Notes: a model not told the origin generated them from the sequence alone. Numbered from the stretch's first letter, positions 1-10,263 are shown. The stretch is 50,644 nucleotides of DNA from Pseudolactococcus plantarum (GCA_030454995.1 JAKDQI010000001.1:1-50644); one strand, 5' to 3'. Made by a program: numbers and translations.

Positions 1-32
1 TTAGTTTATCTACATGATATATCTAATGGTAT

Positions 33-61
33 AAAAAAAGAGCAGAGATGTGTCTGCTCTT
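33..61 (-). terminator. Intrinsic terminator of the C26/APC/lyase operon
   Basis: Stem AAGAGCAGA (38-46) / TCTGCTCTT (53-61). The A-run at 33-39 gives a U-tract on the minus strand just after the stop at 84. Confidence 0.75.
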
Positions 62-83
62 GCTTATTTGTCATGTTTCTAAC

Positions 84-1223
84 TCAAATAGCTAGCGCTT
101 GTGCCAAATCTGCCAATAAATCTTCAGCATCTTCAATGCCACAAGATAGTCTAAACAGGGTATTGGTTACACCTTGTGCTGCACGCTCTTCATCGCATAG
201 GCAAGCATGTGACATGGTAGCTGGATGAGATAAGATCGACTCTACACCACCTAAACTAACTGCTAAGATAGGTAATGTCAGCTTTTCAAGAAAAGCAGCG
301 ATCTTATCTTCACTCACAAGTTCAAATGATAAAACTGCACCACCATTTTTTGCTTGTTTGTTATGAATTTCTGATGATGGATGTTGATCAAGTGTCGGAT
401 AATAAACTGTTTTAATATTTTTGTGTGTACTTAAAAAGTCAGCAATTTGCACTGCATTATCCACAGACTGCTTCATTCTAAGACCTAGTGTCTTCATACC
501 ACGTAAAGTCAACCAAGCATCTTCCACACCTAGGATACCACCAAAGTTTTTTTGGAACAGTTGCAATTTCTCGTAGATGTCTTTATCATTTGTCGCTACT
601 AACCCACCTAAGACATCACTGTGACCGTTGATAAACTTTGTAATACTTTCGACCACGATATCTACACCTAATTTTAAGGGTTGTTGATAAAGGGATGTCA
701 TGAAGGTATTATCTGCAACTACCAATAGATTATGTGCTTTTGCTAAGTCACAAACTTTTTTGATGTCTGTTATTTTCAAAAGTGGATTGGATGGTGTTTC
801 AATATAGATCATTTTGGTTGCCGGTGTAATCTTTGCTTCGATTTTTTCTATCGATGACATATCTACAAAGGAAACGTCTATCCCATATTGAGGTAAGATA
901 CAAGTCGAAAATTGACAAGTACCACCATAAACTTCTATCGGTAGGATAATATGATCACCTGATTTTAACAGCATCAATACATTAGAGATAGCTGCCATGC
1001 CAGATGCATAAGATAAGGCATAGGTTGAGTCTTCTAAACTACAAAATGCCTTCTCCAACGCTTCAATCGTCGGATTCCCAAAACGTGTATAGGTAAATTC
1101 TTGTGATGGATCTGATAAATGAGACTGACTAAATGTTGATGTTTGGTATTTAGGGATAGATGAGGCTCCCGTATGTGGATCAATGACTGGATAACTATGT
1201 AATAATTTTGTATTAATGCCCAT
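84..1223 (-). CDS. Cystathionine beta/gamma-lyase (Cys/Met metabolism PLP-dependent enzyme)
   Basis: Motifs YTRFGNPT, SGMAAI, ETPSNP, DNTF, SITKFINGHSD (PLP lysine), SLGGVES, RLSCGIED. SD AGAGG upstream. Confidence 0.9.
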   Translation of the reverse strand: MGINTKLLHSYPVIDPHTGASSIPKYQTSTFSQSHLSDPSQEFTYTRFGNPTIEALEKAFCSLEDSTYALSYASGMAAISNVLMLLKSGDHIILPIEVYGGTCQFSTCILPQYGIDVSFVDMSSIEKIEAKITPATKMIYIETPSNPLLKITDIKKVCDLAKAHNLLVVADNTFMTSLYQQPLKLGVDIVVESITKFINGHSDVLGGLVATNDKDIYEKLQLFQKNFGGILGVEDAWLTLRGMKTLGLRMKQSVDNAVQIADFLSTHKNIKTVYYPTLDQHPSSEIHNKQAKNGGAVLSFELVSEDKIAAFLEKLTLPILAVSLGGVESILSHPATMSHACLCDEERAAQGVTNTLFRLSCGIEDAEDLLADLAQALAI

Positions 1224-1290
1224 TACTTTATAACCTCTTTGCTAACTTTTTTTGGTAAGCATACACATATGCTGCTTAAATTTTAATGAT

Positions 1291-2673
1291 CTATTTAACT
1301 TGTTTTTTCATTTCTAGTGTCATCACAACAGTTGGCATGATAATATAACCAATCGCCATGGCAAGGATTGCAAATACATTAAGACTGCGTCCACCATGAA
1401 CGTTAATCAGTGTAAACATGCCCACCCAGTCGAACTTAGCTAAAAGAACAGCTGTCAATACTAAACCAATACAAGGGATAATCACATCTGTTACGATATT
1501 TTTATTGACATTAGCCAATACTTTTTCTTGATTTTTATTATAAAAGAACATCATAACAGCTAATGGTACGATTAGAAACTGGATAAATCTCGAGATTGAA
1601 CTGATAACCATAATGCTAGTCATAGTATAGTTAAAAGCCATGGGAATTAAGATGGCAATAACTGCCGTAATAATAAATGCTCTTAAAGGAAAATCTTGTT
1701 TTGTTCTTTTCTTAAACCATGGTGAAAGTTGTTTTTCAATTGAGATGGCTTCTAACGCACGGGGTGTATTAAAAGAATAAGCCACATTTATCCCAAACAT
1801 GGAAATTAAAGCCCCATATAAAATCAAATTCTTAATCAGTGGTTGACTAAATACCGCAACTAAAGCAATCACTTGTTTGCTTAGGATCAATGATTTTGGA
1901 TCAATCATCATCGACACTGTAACGATAAGAATATAAATAATCGCAATAATCAAGATAGCCAAAGGGATGGCTCTGGGTAAGTTTTTCTCTGGTTTTTCCA
2001 TATCACCAGCACCACTAGCAACAGTTTCAAATCCTGCAAAGGCATAAAATGCTGCGATCGTTGACATGACAAAAATTGATGATGTCATTTTGGGAATCAA
2101 AGGCGTACCACTTGAATTTTTCAAGTTATTGATGTCAGCAAAATGGTTTGTCTTGGTTGAGATGACAATAAAAATCCCTACCAAGATCAAAAAGATTAAT
2201 ACTGATAGTTTAGCGATTGTTGCCGTATTATTAATGATTTTAAAGACCTTAGGTCCTAAAAGATTGATGACTAGCATAACTAACATGAAAAGCACAAAGC
2301 CGATACTAATAGCTGTAAAATTCCCACTATCAAACCCAAGCAAAGTCAAAAGAATCTTAACAACGCCAGTAGCCAAAACACCCCAAGAAATACAGGTTGC
2401 AAAGTAGCGTGTTAGGCCAATATAAAAGCCAATCTTGCTGCCAAAAGCTGCCTTAGCGTAGACATAAGCTGCACCACTTTTTGATACATACTTTGAAGCT
2501 GAAGCAAACGTAACCGCAAGAACAGATGCAAATATAGCCGCACAAAAATAAATAAGAGGTGTCTTACTTCCTGCTTTAGCAACAACGGCACCAGGAGATA
2601 GAAAAATTCCCGAGCCGATAATCGAGTTAATGGTTAACAGTACAATTGACCAAAAGCCAATTTTCTTAGTCAT
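1291..2673 (-). CDS. APC-family amino acid/polyamine permease
   Basis: Highly hydrophobic with about 12 TM segments; INSIIGSGIF in TM1 and FYAFAGFE in TM6. Start moved from 2760 to the ATG at 2673 (MTKKIGFWS), 2 nt after the upstream stop, with SD-like AAGGGAAG. Confidence 0.88.
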   Translation of the reverse strand: MTKKIGFWSIVLLTINSIIGSGIFLSPGAVVAKAGSKTPLIYFCAAIFASVLAVTFASASKYVSKSGAAYVYAKAAFGSKIGFYIGLTRYFATCISWGVLATGVVKILLTLLGFDSGNFTAISIGFVLFMLVMLVINLLGPKVFKIINNTATIAKLSVLIFLILVGIFIVISTKTNHFADINNLKNSSGTPLIPKMTSSIFVMSTIAAFYAFAGFETVASGAGDMEKPEKNLPRAIPLAILIIAIIYILIVTVSMMIDPKSLILSKQVIALVAVFSQPLIKNLILYGALISMFGINVAYSFNTPRALEAISIEKQLSPWFKKRTKQDFPLRAFIITAVIAILIPMAFNYTMTSIMVISSISRFIQFLIVPLAVMMFFYNKNQEKVLANVNKNIVTDVIIPCIGLVLTAVLLAKFDWVGMFTLINVHGGRSLNVFAILAMAIGYIIMPTVVMTLEMKKQVK

Positions 2674-2675
2674 TT

Positions 2676-3407
2676 TTACTTCCCTTCTGCTTGGCGTATT
2701 AAGGCCTTGAAAATCAGATTCATACTTGATACTGATTGATGCAACATTTCTGGATGCCATTGCACACCCATTAAAAAAGGGTAAGTTTTGGATTCAATCG
2801 CTTCGACTACACCGTCTTTTGCTATTGCACTTACCTTAAATTCTTCGGCTACTTTGTTCATGACTTGGTGATGAAATGAGTTCACAAGTATATCTTCACT
2901 GCCTATGATAGATTTCAACTGAGATCCCTCAACTAGTTCGATTGAATGTGTGACTTGAACAACACTATGAGACTGCCAATGTTCCAACGTTTTTTCAGAT
3001 CTATAACTTAAATCCTGATACAAATCCCCACCATGACAGACATTTATCAGTTGTGCACCTCGACAAATACCCAAAATCGGCAAAGTTTTTGCTTTAGCAA
3101 GCTTTAAAACCTCAGACTCAAATACATCTCTCTCTGGAAATAACTCACCTAATTTTTGCTCAGGCTCTTGATTATATTTGAGAGGCGTTATATCATTTCC
3201 CCCTGTTAAAATTAAACCATCAATCATTGCAACTTGTTGTTCAATAACGGCTAAACTGGTATTCAGAGGAATAATAAGTGGCACGCCTCCATTTTGTACA
3301 ACTGAGCTAATATAATCTTCATTTGCATATACACGACGATAACCAGGAAACATCCCTCCCTCATCTACTATGACACCTGACGTGATGCCAATAATCGGTT
3401 TTGACAT
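2676..3407 (-). CDS. Gamma-glutamyl hydrolase, peptidase C26 / PuuD-like class I glutamine amidotransferase
   Basis: KPIIGIT N-terminus, LTGGND, LGICRGAQ (nucleophile Cys), VNSFHHQ, GVQWHPE (His-Glu of the triad). Confidence 0.9.
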   Translation of the reverse strand: MSKPIIGITSGVIVDEGGMFPGYRRVYANEDYISSVVQNGGVPLIIPLNTSLAVIEQQVAMIDGLILTGGNDITPLKYNQEPEQKLGELFPERDVFESEVLKLAKAKTLPILGICRGAQLINVCHGGDLYQDLSYRSEKTLEHWQSHSVVQVTHSIELVEGSQLKSIIGSEDILVNSFHHQVMNKVAEEFKVSAIAKDGVVEAIESKTYPFLMGVQWHPEMLHQSVSSMNLIFKALIRQAEGK

Positions 3408-3471
3408 TTCAAAGTTCCTTTCTATAATACAGACGTATATAATGTTATCCTTTTATAGCCTATTTTTCAAG

Positions 3472-3486
3472 TATTTTCTGTAAATT
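3472..3486. promoter_or_regulatory. Putative CodY box upstream of the C26 operon
   Basis: TATTTTCTGTAAATT matches AATTTTCWGAAAATT at 13/15. It lies immediately upstream of a minus-strand TTGAAA-N17-TAACAT promoter candidate. Confidence 0.5.
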
Positions 3487-3519
3487 AATGCAAATTGTAA
3501 TCATAATTAATGTAATTCT

Positions 3520-3549
3520 CATAAAAAACTTATTAAGTAGTTTTTTATG
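3520..3549. terminator. Terminator-like inverted repeat
   Basis: CATAAAAAACT (3520-3530) / AGTTTTTTATG (3539-3549). Confidence 0.45.
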
Positions 3550-3634
3550 GTAAGCACTTGTAGAATATGGCAAAAACTATTATTCATGAGATTGCTGATA
3601 ACAAACTAGATATAGTTTTATAGCAATCATGTAC

Positions 3635-3664
3635 AAAAAAAGTCTAATCATGTATTAGACTTTT
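3635..3664 (-). terminator. Intrinsic terminator after mleR (possibly bidirectional)
   Basis: AAAAGTCTAAT / ATTAGACTTTT stem with flanking A and T runs, 10 nt past the stop at 3675. Confidence 0.7.
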
Positions 3665-3674
3665 ATACACTAGC

Positions 3675-4580
3675 TTATGATGACTCTGATTTATCTTTTT
3701 GTGATAACTTATCTAGCATATCTATAAATAGCAAGAGTTTATCTGATAATACTGCATTTCTTAAATAAGCATATTGGACATAAAATGATACTTTATCTTC
3801 ACTGACCAGAGGAATTTTTACTAACCCTTTCATATCTTGAAAAGGTATAAAATCAGTCATGAGTGTGATTCCTACATTAGATTTGACCATCTGTCCAATT
3901 GTATGAGCATCAGAAAATCGAAATAAGATACGCGCTTTTTTTCTATATTTGTCACTTAAATTTTGAAAAGCTTTTGTATGCACAAAGTCATTTTCCAGTA
4001 ATACAAACGGATAATCAAGTGCTTCTTCAAAAGAGATCTCTTTTTTATGTGATAAGGGATTATCTTGTGATACAAAAATATAAAAATCACGTTGATATAA
4101 TCGCTTTACTTTTAAATTAGGATGTACTAAAGGCGTCACACTGCCGATTAAACTAAATTCTAGTTGACCCGATAATAATTTAAGTAATAATGCCTTTGAT
4201 CCTCCCGATACGAGATCAAAACTGGAAATTAACTCTACTGCACCTTCTCCCGTCAACAATCTAGGTAAGAGTCTTGCCCGAATCATTGGTGGAAATCCAA
4301 CATATACTTGATCTTGTCTGGCATGTTCTATCGCCCGTTGTAGGACTGTGAATTCATATAATATATGTCTCACATACGTTTTTAATATTTCTCCTTCGTT
4401 TGTCAGAACGACAAATCGATGAGACGGATCTTTTTTGATTAAATCACAATCATAATATGCTTCAAGTCGTTTCATGGCATGACTAATCGTGGGTTGGCTC
4501 ACACCAAATTGATGTGCAACTTGTGTAAATGACAATAACTCTCCTAATGCATGAAAAAACTCAAAATCTCTTAAATTCAT
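3675..4580 (-). CDS. mleR: LysR-family activator of malolactic fermentation
   Basis: LysR HTH (MNLRDFEFF...SFTQVAHQFGVSQPTISHAMKRLE), divergent from the malolactic enzyme. Start moved to ATG 4580, which has SD AAGGAAG. Confidence 0.85.
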   Translation of the reverse strand: MNLRDFEFFHALGELLSFTQVAHQFGVSQPTISHAMKRLEAYYDCDLIKKDPSHRFVVLTNEGEILKTYVRHILYEFTVLQRAIEHARQDQVYVGFPPMIRARLLPRLLTGEGAVELISSFDLVSGGSKALLLKLLSGQLEFSLIGSVTPLVHPNLKVKRLYQRDFYIFVSQDNPLSHKKEISFEEALDYPFVLLENDFVHTKAFQNLSDKYRKKARILFRFSDAHTIGQMVKSNVGITLMTDFIPFQDMKGLVKIPLVSEDKVSFYVQYAYLRNAVLSDKLLLFIDMLDKLSQKDKSESS

Positions 4581-4660
4581 ATACGCCACTTCCTTTTCAA
4601 TCATTTTAGCATATTCATCAACTGATTTGTTATTCTTAAAAGTTATCGTAACTGACAAAA

Positions 4661-4690
4661 TTGACTATAAGTACTTATAAGGTATAGACT
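4661..4690 (+). promoter_or_regulatory. Putative mleSP promoter with a palindrome in the spacer
   Basis: TTGACT (4661-4666)-N18-TAGACT (4685-4690); perfect palindrome TATAAGTACTTATA at 4666-4679. Confidence 0.45.
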
Positions 4691-4740
4691 ATTGAGTGTA
4701 AGGAAATCAAAACATATTATATTAATTGGAGGATGTACAA

Positions 4741-6363
4741 ATGCGTGCACATGAAGTCTTAAACAACCCTTTTTTAAATAAAGGTACTGCTTTTACAGAA
4801 AGCGAACGACAAGAACTTGGTTTGATCGGTCTATTACCCCCTCACATTCAAACAATAGAAGAGCAAGCTGAACAAACTTATCAACATTATCTAACGAAAT
4901 CATCAGATTTGGAAAAACGTCATTTCTTGATGGAAATTTTTAATACGAACCGTACGTTGTTCTATTATTTATTTAACCAACATATCGTAGAGTTCAACCC
5001 AATCGTCTACGATCCAACGATCGCAGATACAATCGAAAATTATAGCCGTCTCTTTGTTGATACACAATATGCAGCCTACTTAGATATTAACCATCCTGAA
5101 AATATAGAAGCAACACTAAAAAATGCTGCTGGTGATCGTGATATTCGCTTAATTGTTGTCACTGATGCTGAAGGTATTCTAGGTATTGGAGACTGGGGAA
5201 CACAAGGTGTGGATATCTCTGTCGGAAAATTAATGATCTATACAGCTGCTGCAGGAATAGATCCTAACTGTGTGTTACCTGTTGTGATTGATGCAGGAAC
5301 AAACAGAGCAGAGCTTTTAGAAGATGCATTGTACTTAGGTAACCATCAAAAACGTGTTTATGGTGATAGCTACTATGCCTTTGTCGACAACTTCGTCAAC
5401 ACTGCTGAGGATATGTTCCCTAAATTATACTTACATTGGGAAGACTTCGGTCGTTCAAACGCTGCAACTATCTTAGATAAATACAAAACAGTTATCCCAA
5501 CATTTAACGATGATATTCAGGGAACTGGTATCGTTGTACTTGGTGGTATTTTTGGTTCACTCGATATCACTGGTGGCAAATTAACTGATCAAATCTATCT
5601 TTGCTACGGTGGGGGATCTGCTGGTGCAGGTATTTCCAATCGTGTACATGCAGAAATGGTAAGTGAAGGTTTATCTGAAGAAGAAGCTTACAAACGCTTC
5701 TTTATGGTCGATAAACAAGGTCTCTTATTTGATGATATGGATGATCTAACACCTGCTCAAAAACCATTTGCGAAAAAACGTGCTGACTTTGCTAACGCAG
5801 GAGACATGACAAATCTGCTTGATATCATCAAAACAGTTAAGCCGACTATTTTAGTTGGGACTTCTACTCATGCAGGTGCATTTACTAAAGAAGTCGTTGA
5901 AGCAATGTGTAACAATACAGAACGTCCAGTTATCTTCCCTATTTCAAATCCAACTAAAAAACTAGAAGCAACAGCCCAACAAGTCATCGAGTGGTCAAAC
6001 GGTAAAGCTTTTGTCGCAACTGGTGTCCCTTCAGGTACTATTACCTATAAAGGGGTTGATTACCAAATCGGTCAAGCTAATAATGCCCTCATCTACCCAG
6101 GATTAGGTCTTGGGATGTTAGCATCAGAAGCCTCACTACTTACTGACGAAATGATTGGTGCAGCAGCACATTCACTCAGTGGTATGGTTGATTTATCACA
6201 ACCAGGTGCACCAGTATTACCACCGTTCCAATATGTTGCTGACGTTTCTATCAAAGTTGCTGAGGCAGTCGCTAAAACTGCGCAAGCACAAGGTCTAGCC
6301 AAAGCAAAAGAAACTGATATGGCTAAAGCAGTTAGAGCGCTAAAATGGTATCCAGAATATTAA
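4741..6363 (+). CDS. mleS: Malolactic enzyme
   Basis: [72 protein letters not shown] precedes ATG 4741. Confidence 0.93.
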   Translation: MRAHEVLNNPFLNKGTAFTESERQELGLIGLLPPHIQTIEEQAEQTYQHYLTKSSDLEKRHFLMEIFNTNRTLFYYLFNQHIVEFNPIVYDPTIADTIENYSRLFVDTQYAAYLDINHPENIEATLKNAAGDRDIRLIVVTDAEGILGIGDWGTQGVDISVGKLMIYTAAAGIDPNCVLPVVIDAGTNRAELLEDALYLGNHQKRVYGDSYYAFVDNFVNTAEDMFPKLYLHWEDFGRSNAATILDKYKTVIPTFNDDIQGTGIVVLGGIFGSLDITGGKLTDQIYLCYGGGSAGAGISNRVHAEMVSEGLSEEEAYKRFFMVDKQGLLFDDMDDLTPAQKPFAKKRADFANAGDMTNLLDIIKTVKPTILVGTSTHAGAFTKEVVEAMCNNTERPVIFPISNPTKKLEATAQQVIEWSNGKAFVATGVPSGTITYKGVDYQIGQANNALIYPGLGLGMLASEASLLTDEMIGAAAHSLSGMVDLSQPGAPVLPPFQYVADVSIKVAEAVAKTAQAQGLAKAKETDMAKAVRALKWYPEY

Positions 6364-6378
6364 GAGGCGTAATCACAC

Positions 6379-7659
6379 ATGAAAAAATTAACTAGTATCA
6401 AAATTTCTGGCATTAGCCTACCGCTTTATGCGTTTGTCATGATTACGCTAATCATTGTCACAGCATTAGGTAAATTACCACTGAATATGGTTGGGATTAC
6501 ACTGTTATTAGTTGCACTAGGACATCTATTATATTATATAGGTGAAAAATTACCCATCATGAACTCCTACCTTGGTGGTGGCTCTGTTTTTACCTTAATT
6601 GGTGCAACTTTACTGGCTACGTTTCATATCGTGCCTACTCATGTCATCAGTGCTGTTGGCAAATTTATGGGCGGCCAATTTGGTTTCCTAGATTTCTATA
6701 TCGCCGCACTCATCTGTGGCTCTATCTTAGGGATGAATCGTAATCTGTTAATCAAAGCATCTACTAAGTTCATCCCCGTTGCCTTGGTAACGATGGTTGT
6801 CGGATTCTTTGCAGTTGGTGGTATGGGGATGCTTCTTGGCAAAGGGTTTGCTCACTCTGTTATGTATGTCTCAATGCCAATGATGGCAGGAGGGATGGGA
6901 GCAGGGATTACACCGCTTTCTCAAATATATGCACACGCCCTAGCTCATGGTGACCAATCCGTCATCTTTTCTCAATTAGCACCAGCCGTTACTTTTGGTA
7001 ATATTATCGCCATCATTGGCGCTTTATCAATTTCCAAATTATTTGCCAAAACAAAATATAATGGACACGGTACCTTGATCTCCGCTACAAAAGAAGAGCT
7101 TGAAAAACCAAAAATCATTCTTGACGCACAACGAATTGGTGTTGGTATGCTATTTGCTTTCTCTTTATTAATGGTCGGCACAATTCTAAATAACTTTTTC
7201 CCAAAAATCCATGAATATGCTTTTATGATTATTATTGTTTTCATCATCAAAGCAACAAATACTGTACCAAAAAAATTAGAAGAATCCGTTGGCATGTTTA
7301 ATCAAGTCATTATGACGAATTTAACACATGCTGTGCTAGCTGGGATTGGTCTAGCGTTAATAGACCTCAAAACGCTTGCTTCTGCTTTTTCTTGGCAATT
7401 TGTCGTACTCTGTTTAACAAGTGTCATTGCTATGGGCTTAACTAGTTGGTTCCTAGGTCTAGCACTCGGTATGTATCCTGTAGAAACTGCTATCGGTGCT
7501 GGTATGATCAACAACTCAATGGGTGGTACAGGTAATATTGCTGTGCTATCAGCTGCTAATCGTATGGAAATGATTGCTTTTGCACAGATGGCTAACCGCT
7601 TATGTGGTGCAATTGTCTTGATTATGGGTGGTATACTTATAAGATTTTTCTATCATTAA
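6379..7659 (+). CDS. mleP: Malate/lactate antiporter, 2-hydroxycarboxylate transporter family
   Basis: 2-HCT motifs LICGSILGMNR, PMMAGGMGAG, NSMGGTGNIAVLSAANRM, FAQMANRLCGA; directly downstream of mleS. Confidence 0.88.
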   Translation: MKKLTSIKISGISLPLYAFVMITLIIVTALGKLPLNMVGITLLLVALGHLLYYIGEKLPIMNSYLGGGSVFTLIGATLLATFHIVPTHVISAVGKFMGGQFGFLDFYIAALICGSILGMNRNLLIKASTKFIPVALVTMVVGFFAVGGMGMLLGKGFAHSVMYVSMPMMAGGMGAGITPLSQIYAHALAHGDQSVIFSQLAPAVTFGNIIAIIGALSISKLFAKTKYNGHGTLISATKEELEKPKIILDAQRIGVGMLFAFSLLMVGTILNNFFPKIHEYAFMIIIVFIIKATNTVPKKLEESVGMFNQVIMTNLTHAVLAGIGLALIDLKTLASAFSWQFVVLCLTSVIAMGLTSWFLGLALGMYPVETAIGAGMINNSMGGTGNIAVLSAANRMEMIAFAQMANRLCGAIVLIMGGILIRFFYH

Positions 7660-7704
7660 AAAACCATATGAATGAATGAATGATAACTTATGATGAATAG
7701 CTCT

Positions 7705-7746
7705 AAAAAAATACTATCTCTCTTAAAAAGGAGATAGTATTTTTTT
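7705..7746 (+). terminator. Intrinsic terminator after mleP (bidirectional form)
   Basis: AAAAAAATACTATCTC / GAGATAGTATTTTTTT inverted repeat. Confidence 0.8.
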
Positions 7747-7776
7747 ATGGCATACATGATACCCATATAGTCCCTA

Positions 7777-7830
7777 TATAAAAACCTAGTGTGTATCGCA
7801 TGGCAGCTCATACACATCTAGGTTTTTATA
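7777..7830 (-). terminator. Terminator-like hairpin after glmM
   Basis: TATAAAAACCTAG-TGTGTAT ... ATACACA-T-CTAGGTTTTTATA imperfect inverted repeat, 22 nt past the glmM stop. Confidence 0.65.
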
Positions 7831-7852
7831 CTTTACAACAGGTGAGTCAGCA

Positions 7853-9208
7853 TTAATCAATACCGATCTCAGCACGAACAACGTCTACGATGGTATCAAC
7901 ATAGTCATTGACTTCTGCATCCGTTGGCGCTTCGGCCATAACACGTAACAAGGGTTCCGTACCACTAGGACGAACTAATATGCGACCATTACCTGACATT
8001 TTATCTTCCATTTTAGTAATAACTTCAGCAATTTTAGGTACGTCCATCGCTTTATGCTTCATGCTATTTTCTACACGAACATTGACTAATTTTTGAGGAT
8101 AGATTGTCACTTCACTTGCTAATTTTGATAATTTTTTACCAGTTTCACGCATGACTTTAGCCAGTAAAATAGCTGAGGCTTGACCGTCTCCAGTCGTATT
8201 ATTATCAAGATATACGATATGTCCGGATTGTTCTCCACCAAAATTATAGCCGTTTTGCTTCATTTCTTCTACAACATAGCGATCACCAACACTTGTAATC
8301 ACACACTCAATATCAGCTGCTGCAAGTGCTTTAAGAAATCCTAAGTTTGACATCACAGTCGTCACAACCGTATTATTTGTTAACTTACCTTGTTCTTTTA
8401 AATATTTAGCGATGATAAACATAATTTTATCACCATCCACAATTGCGCCTGTTTCATCTACTGCAATCAACCGATCGCCGTCACCATCAAAGGCAAGTCC
8501 TAAATCAGCACGCATATCCACGACTTCTTTTGCTAGATTTTCAGGATGTGTTGAGCCTACACCTAAGTTAATATTTAAGCCATTTGGAGACTCGCCAATT
8601 ACATGAATATCTGCTAGCAAGTCTGTAAAAACTGTCCTTGCACTTGTATATGTTGCACCGTTAGCTGTGTCTAAAACGATTTTAAGACCTTCAAACTTGC
8701 CTTCAGCAGTATGTTTTAAAAACTCATCATATTTTCTAACCGCTTCACCATAATCATGTAACACACCTAATCCTTGGGCAGATGGACGAGGTAAGTTATC
8801 TGTTTCAGCATCCAACAACTCTTCAATTTCAAGCTCCTGACTGTCTGCTAGTTTAAAACCATCTCCACCAAAAAACTTAATCCCGTTATCCAAAGCAGGA
8901 TTATGACTGGCAGAAATCATAACACCAGCCGAAACCATATCTTTTTTTACAAGATAAGCAACACCAGGTGTCGCAATCACACCCAAATCAAATACTTCAA
9001 TACCAACACTTAATAACCCTGAAATTAAAGCACTACCTAACATTTGACCAGAAATACGTGTGTCCCTTGCTACATATACCCTTGGTGTATCTACTTCGTG
9101 TTGTGATAGCACATAACCACCAAATCGCCCTAGTTTAAAGGCTAACTCAGGTGTCAATTCAACGTTTGCTTCTCCACGTACACCATCGGTCCCAAAATAT
9201 TTTCCCAT
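7853..9208 (-). CDS. glmM: Phosphoglucosamine mutase
   Basis: [19 protein letters not shown] (phospho-Ser), FDGDGDR, GGEQSGH, RPSGTEP; cdaA-cdaR-glmM synteny. Confidence 0.97.
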   Translation of the reverse strand: MGKYFGTDGVRGEANVELTPELAFKLGRFGGYVLSQHEVDTPRVYVARDTRISGQMLGSALISGLLSVGIEVFDLGVIATPGVAYLVKKDMVSAGVMISASHNPALDNGIKFFGGDGFKLADSQELEIEELLDAETDNLPRPSAQGLGVLHDYGEAVRKYDEFLKHTAEGKFEGLKIVLDTANGATYTSARTVFTDLLADIHVIGESPNGLNINLGVGSTHPENLAKEVVDMRADLGLAFDGDGDRLIAVDETGAIVDGDKIMFIIAKYLKEQGKLTNNTVVTTVMSNLGFLKALAAADIECVITSVGDRYVVEEMKQNGYNFGGEQSGHIVYLDNNTTGDGQASAILLAKVMRETGKKLSKLASEVTIYPQKLVNVRVENSMKHKAMDVPKIAEVITKMEDKMSGNGRILVRPSGTEPLLRVMAEAPTDAEVNDYVDTIVDVVRAEIGID

Positions 9209-9303
9209 TATTATCTCTTTTCAAAATTTTTATTACCATTTGTATACTTCATTAATCCATCATGTGGGCTACATCAAAAGTATTCTAACTTATTTATTAT
9301 AAC

Positions 9304-10263
9304 TTATTTTTTGACAGGTGTCACGACTACCTGCATTTCATCTGGTGTAATGGTCACACCATCTGCAGAAAGTGGCACTGTAATCGTCGTTTCTTTTGTA
9401 ATACTGGTTACATCTATATTAGCTGTAATATTGGAAATATTATCAATATATTTTTGCTCACCAGAAATATTAACTGTTGATTTGGCTAACTTAAAAGTAT
9501 AATCCTTCATGTCACTTGATTTTTTACCTGTAATTTTCCCTACTACTGGAACATCTTTGTTAGGCAAGTCAACATCGACTGACATTTTTACTGAGGTAGG
9601 AGAGATCTTAGCTGGTAATACTTTTCCTGTTTTATCAACAGCTCTAAGATATACTTTACCCGAAAAATCATTATCAAGAATCACATCACTTGGCAGATAA
9701 GCCTCTACTCGGTCAATTTGCGTGATGATAGAAGCACCCGAAGTTACTTGAACTTCTTTTTTATCAGTTGCCATCCCTTTTAGTTTATAACCTTCTGGTA
9801 ATAATTTTTCAGATACAACAGGTGTAACATTAAACGTTTTAGTTGCCTTTTTTTCTACCGTAACCGAGATACTCCCCGGATCTACTTGCGCATTAACACC
9901 TGAAGCTAATTGCACAATTCTAATCGGTACCTCAACAGTCCCTTCTTTAACTTTTGTCAAATCTGCCACTAAATGAAAACTGCGTGTATCATCAGACTTT
10001 TCAGCAGTTAAGCGTACCAGATTGTATGAGGTTAGATACACATTTGCAGTCCCATCAAATCCTGATACAAAATAGCGACTATTATCATATTTTAAATCTA
10101 TTGGCATATCGTAAATCGTAGTTGAATGCATTTCTGAACTATTATCTCGCCCATTAGCATTCTTCAACAACACGGCATTGGCGTTAAAAAATAAGATAAA
10201 AGCAAAGAAAAGACTAATCAACATATAGAAAATTTTGGAGATGATCACATCTTTATTTTTCAC
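9304..10263 (-). CDS. cdaR: CdaR/YbbR-domain regulator of diadenylate cyclase
   Basis: N-terminal TM followed by beta-rich repeats, between cdaA and glmM. GTG at 10263 has SD GAGAGGTG and overlaps the cdaA end (ORF track starts at TTG 10284). Confidence 0.85.
   Translation of the reverse strand: MKNKDVIISKIFYMLISLFFAFILFFNANAVLLKNANGRDNSSEMHSTTIYDMPIDLKYDNSRYFVSGFDGTANVYLTSYNLVRLTAEKSDDTRSFHLVADLTKVKEGTVEVPIRIVQLASGVNAQVDPGSISVTVEKKATKTFNVTPVVSEKLLPEGYKLKGMATDKKEVQVTSGASIITQIDRVEAYLPSDVILDNDFSGKVYLRAVDKTGKVLPAKISPTSVKMSVDVDLPNKDVPVVGKITGKKSSDMKDYTFKLAKSTVNISGEQKYIDNISNITANIDVTSITKETTITVPLSADGVTITPDEMQVVVTPVKK

Noticed and set aside
2066-2407. 113-aa plus-strand ORF, and the other short antisense or out-of-frame ORFs in the track (e.g. 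3899-4120, 6093-6302, 6972-7295, 7908-8096, 11990-12187, 33503-33757, 42959-43954, 47174-47452, 49078-49440)
   Set aside because: All lie inside well-supported genes on the opposite strand or frame and have no recognisable motifs. They are shadow ORFs.
2674-2760. N-terminal extensions in the ORF track (APC permease 2760, mleR 4658, mleS 4726, MocR 19795, lmrC 33741, ABC permease 41145)
   Set aside because: Downstream ATGs have proper SD sequences and family-typical N-termini. The extensions are longest-ORF artefacts.
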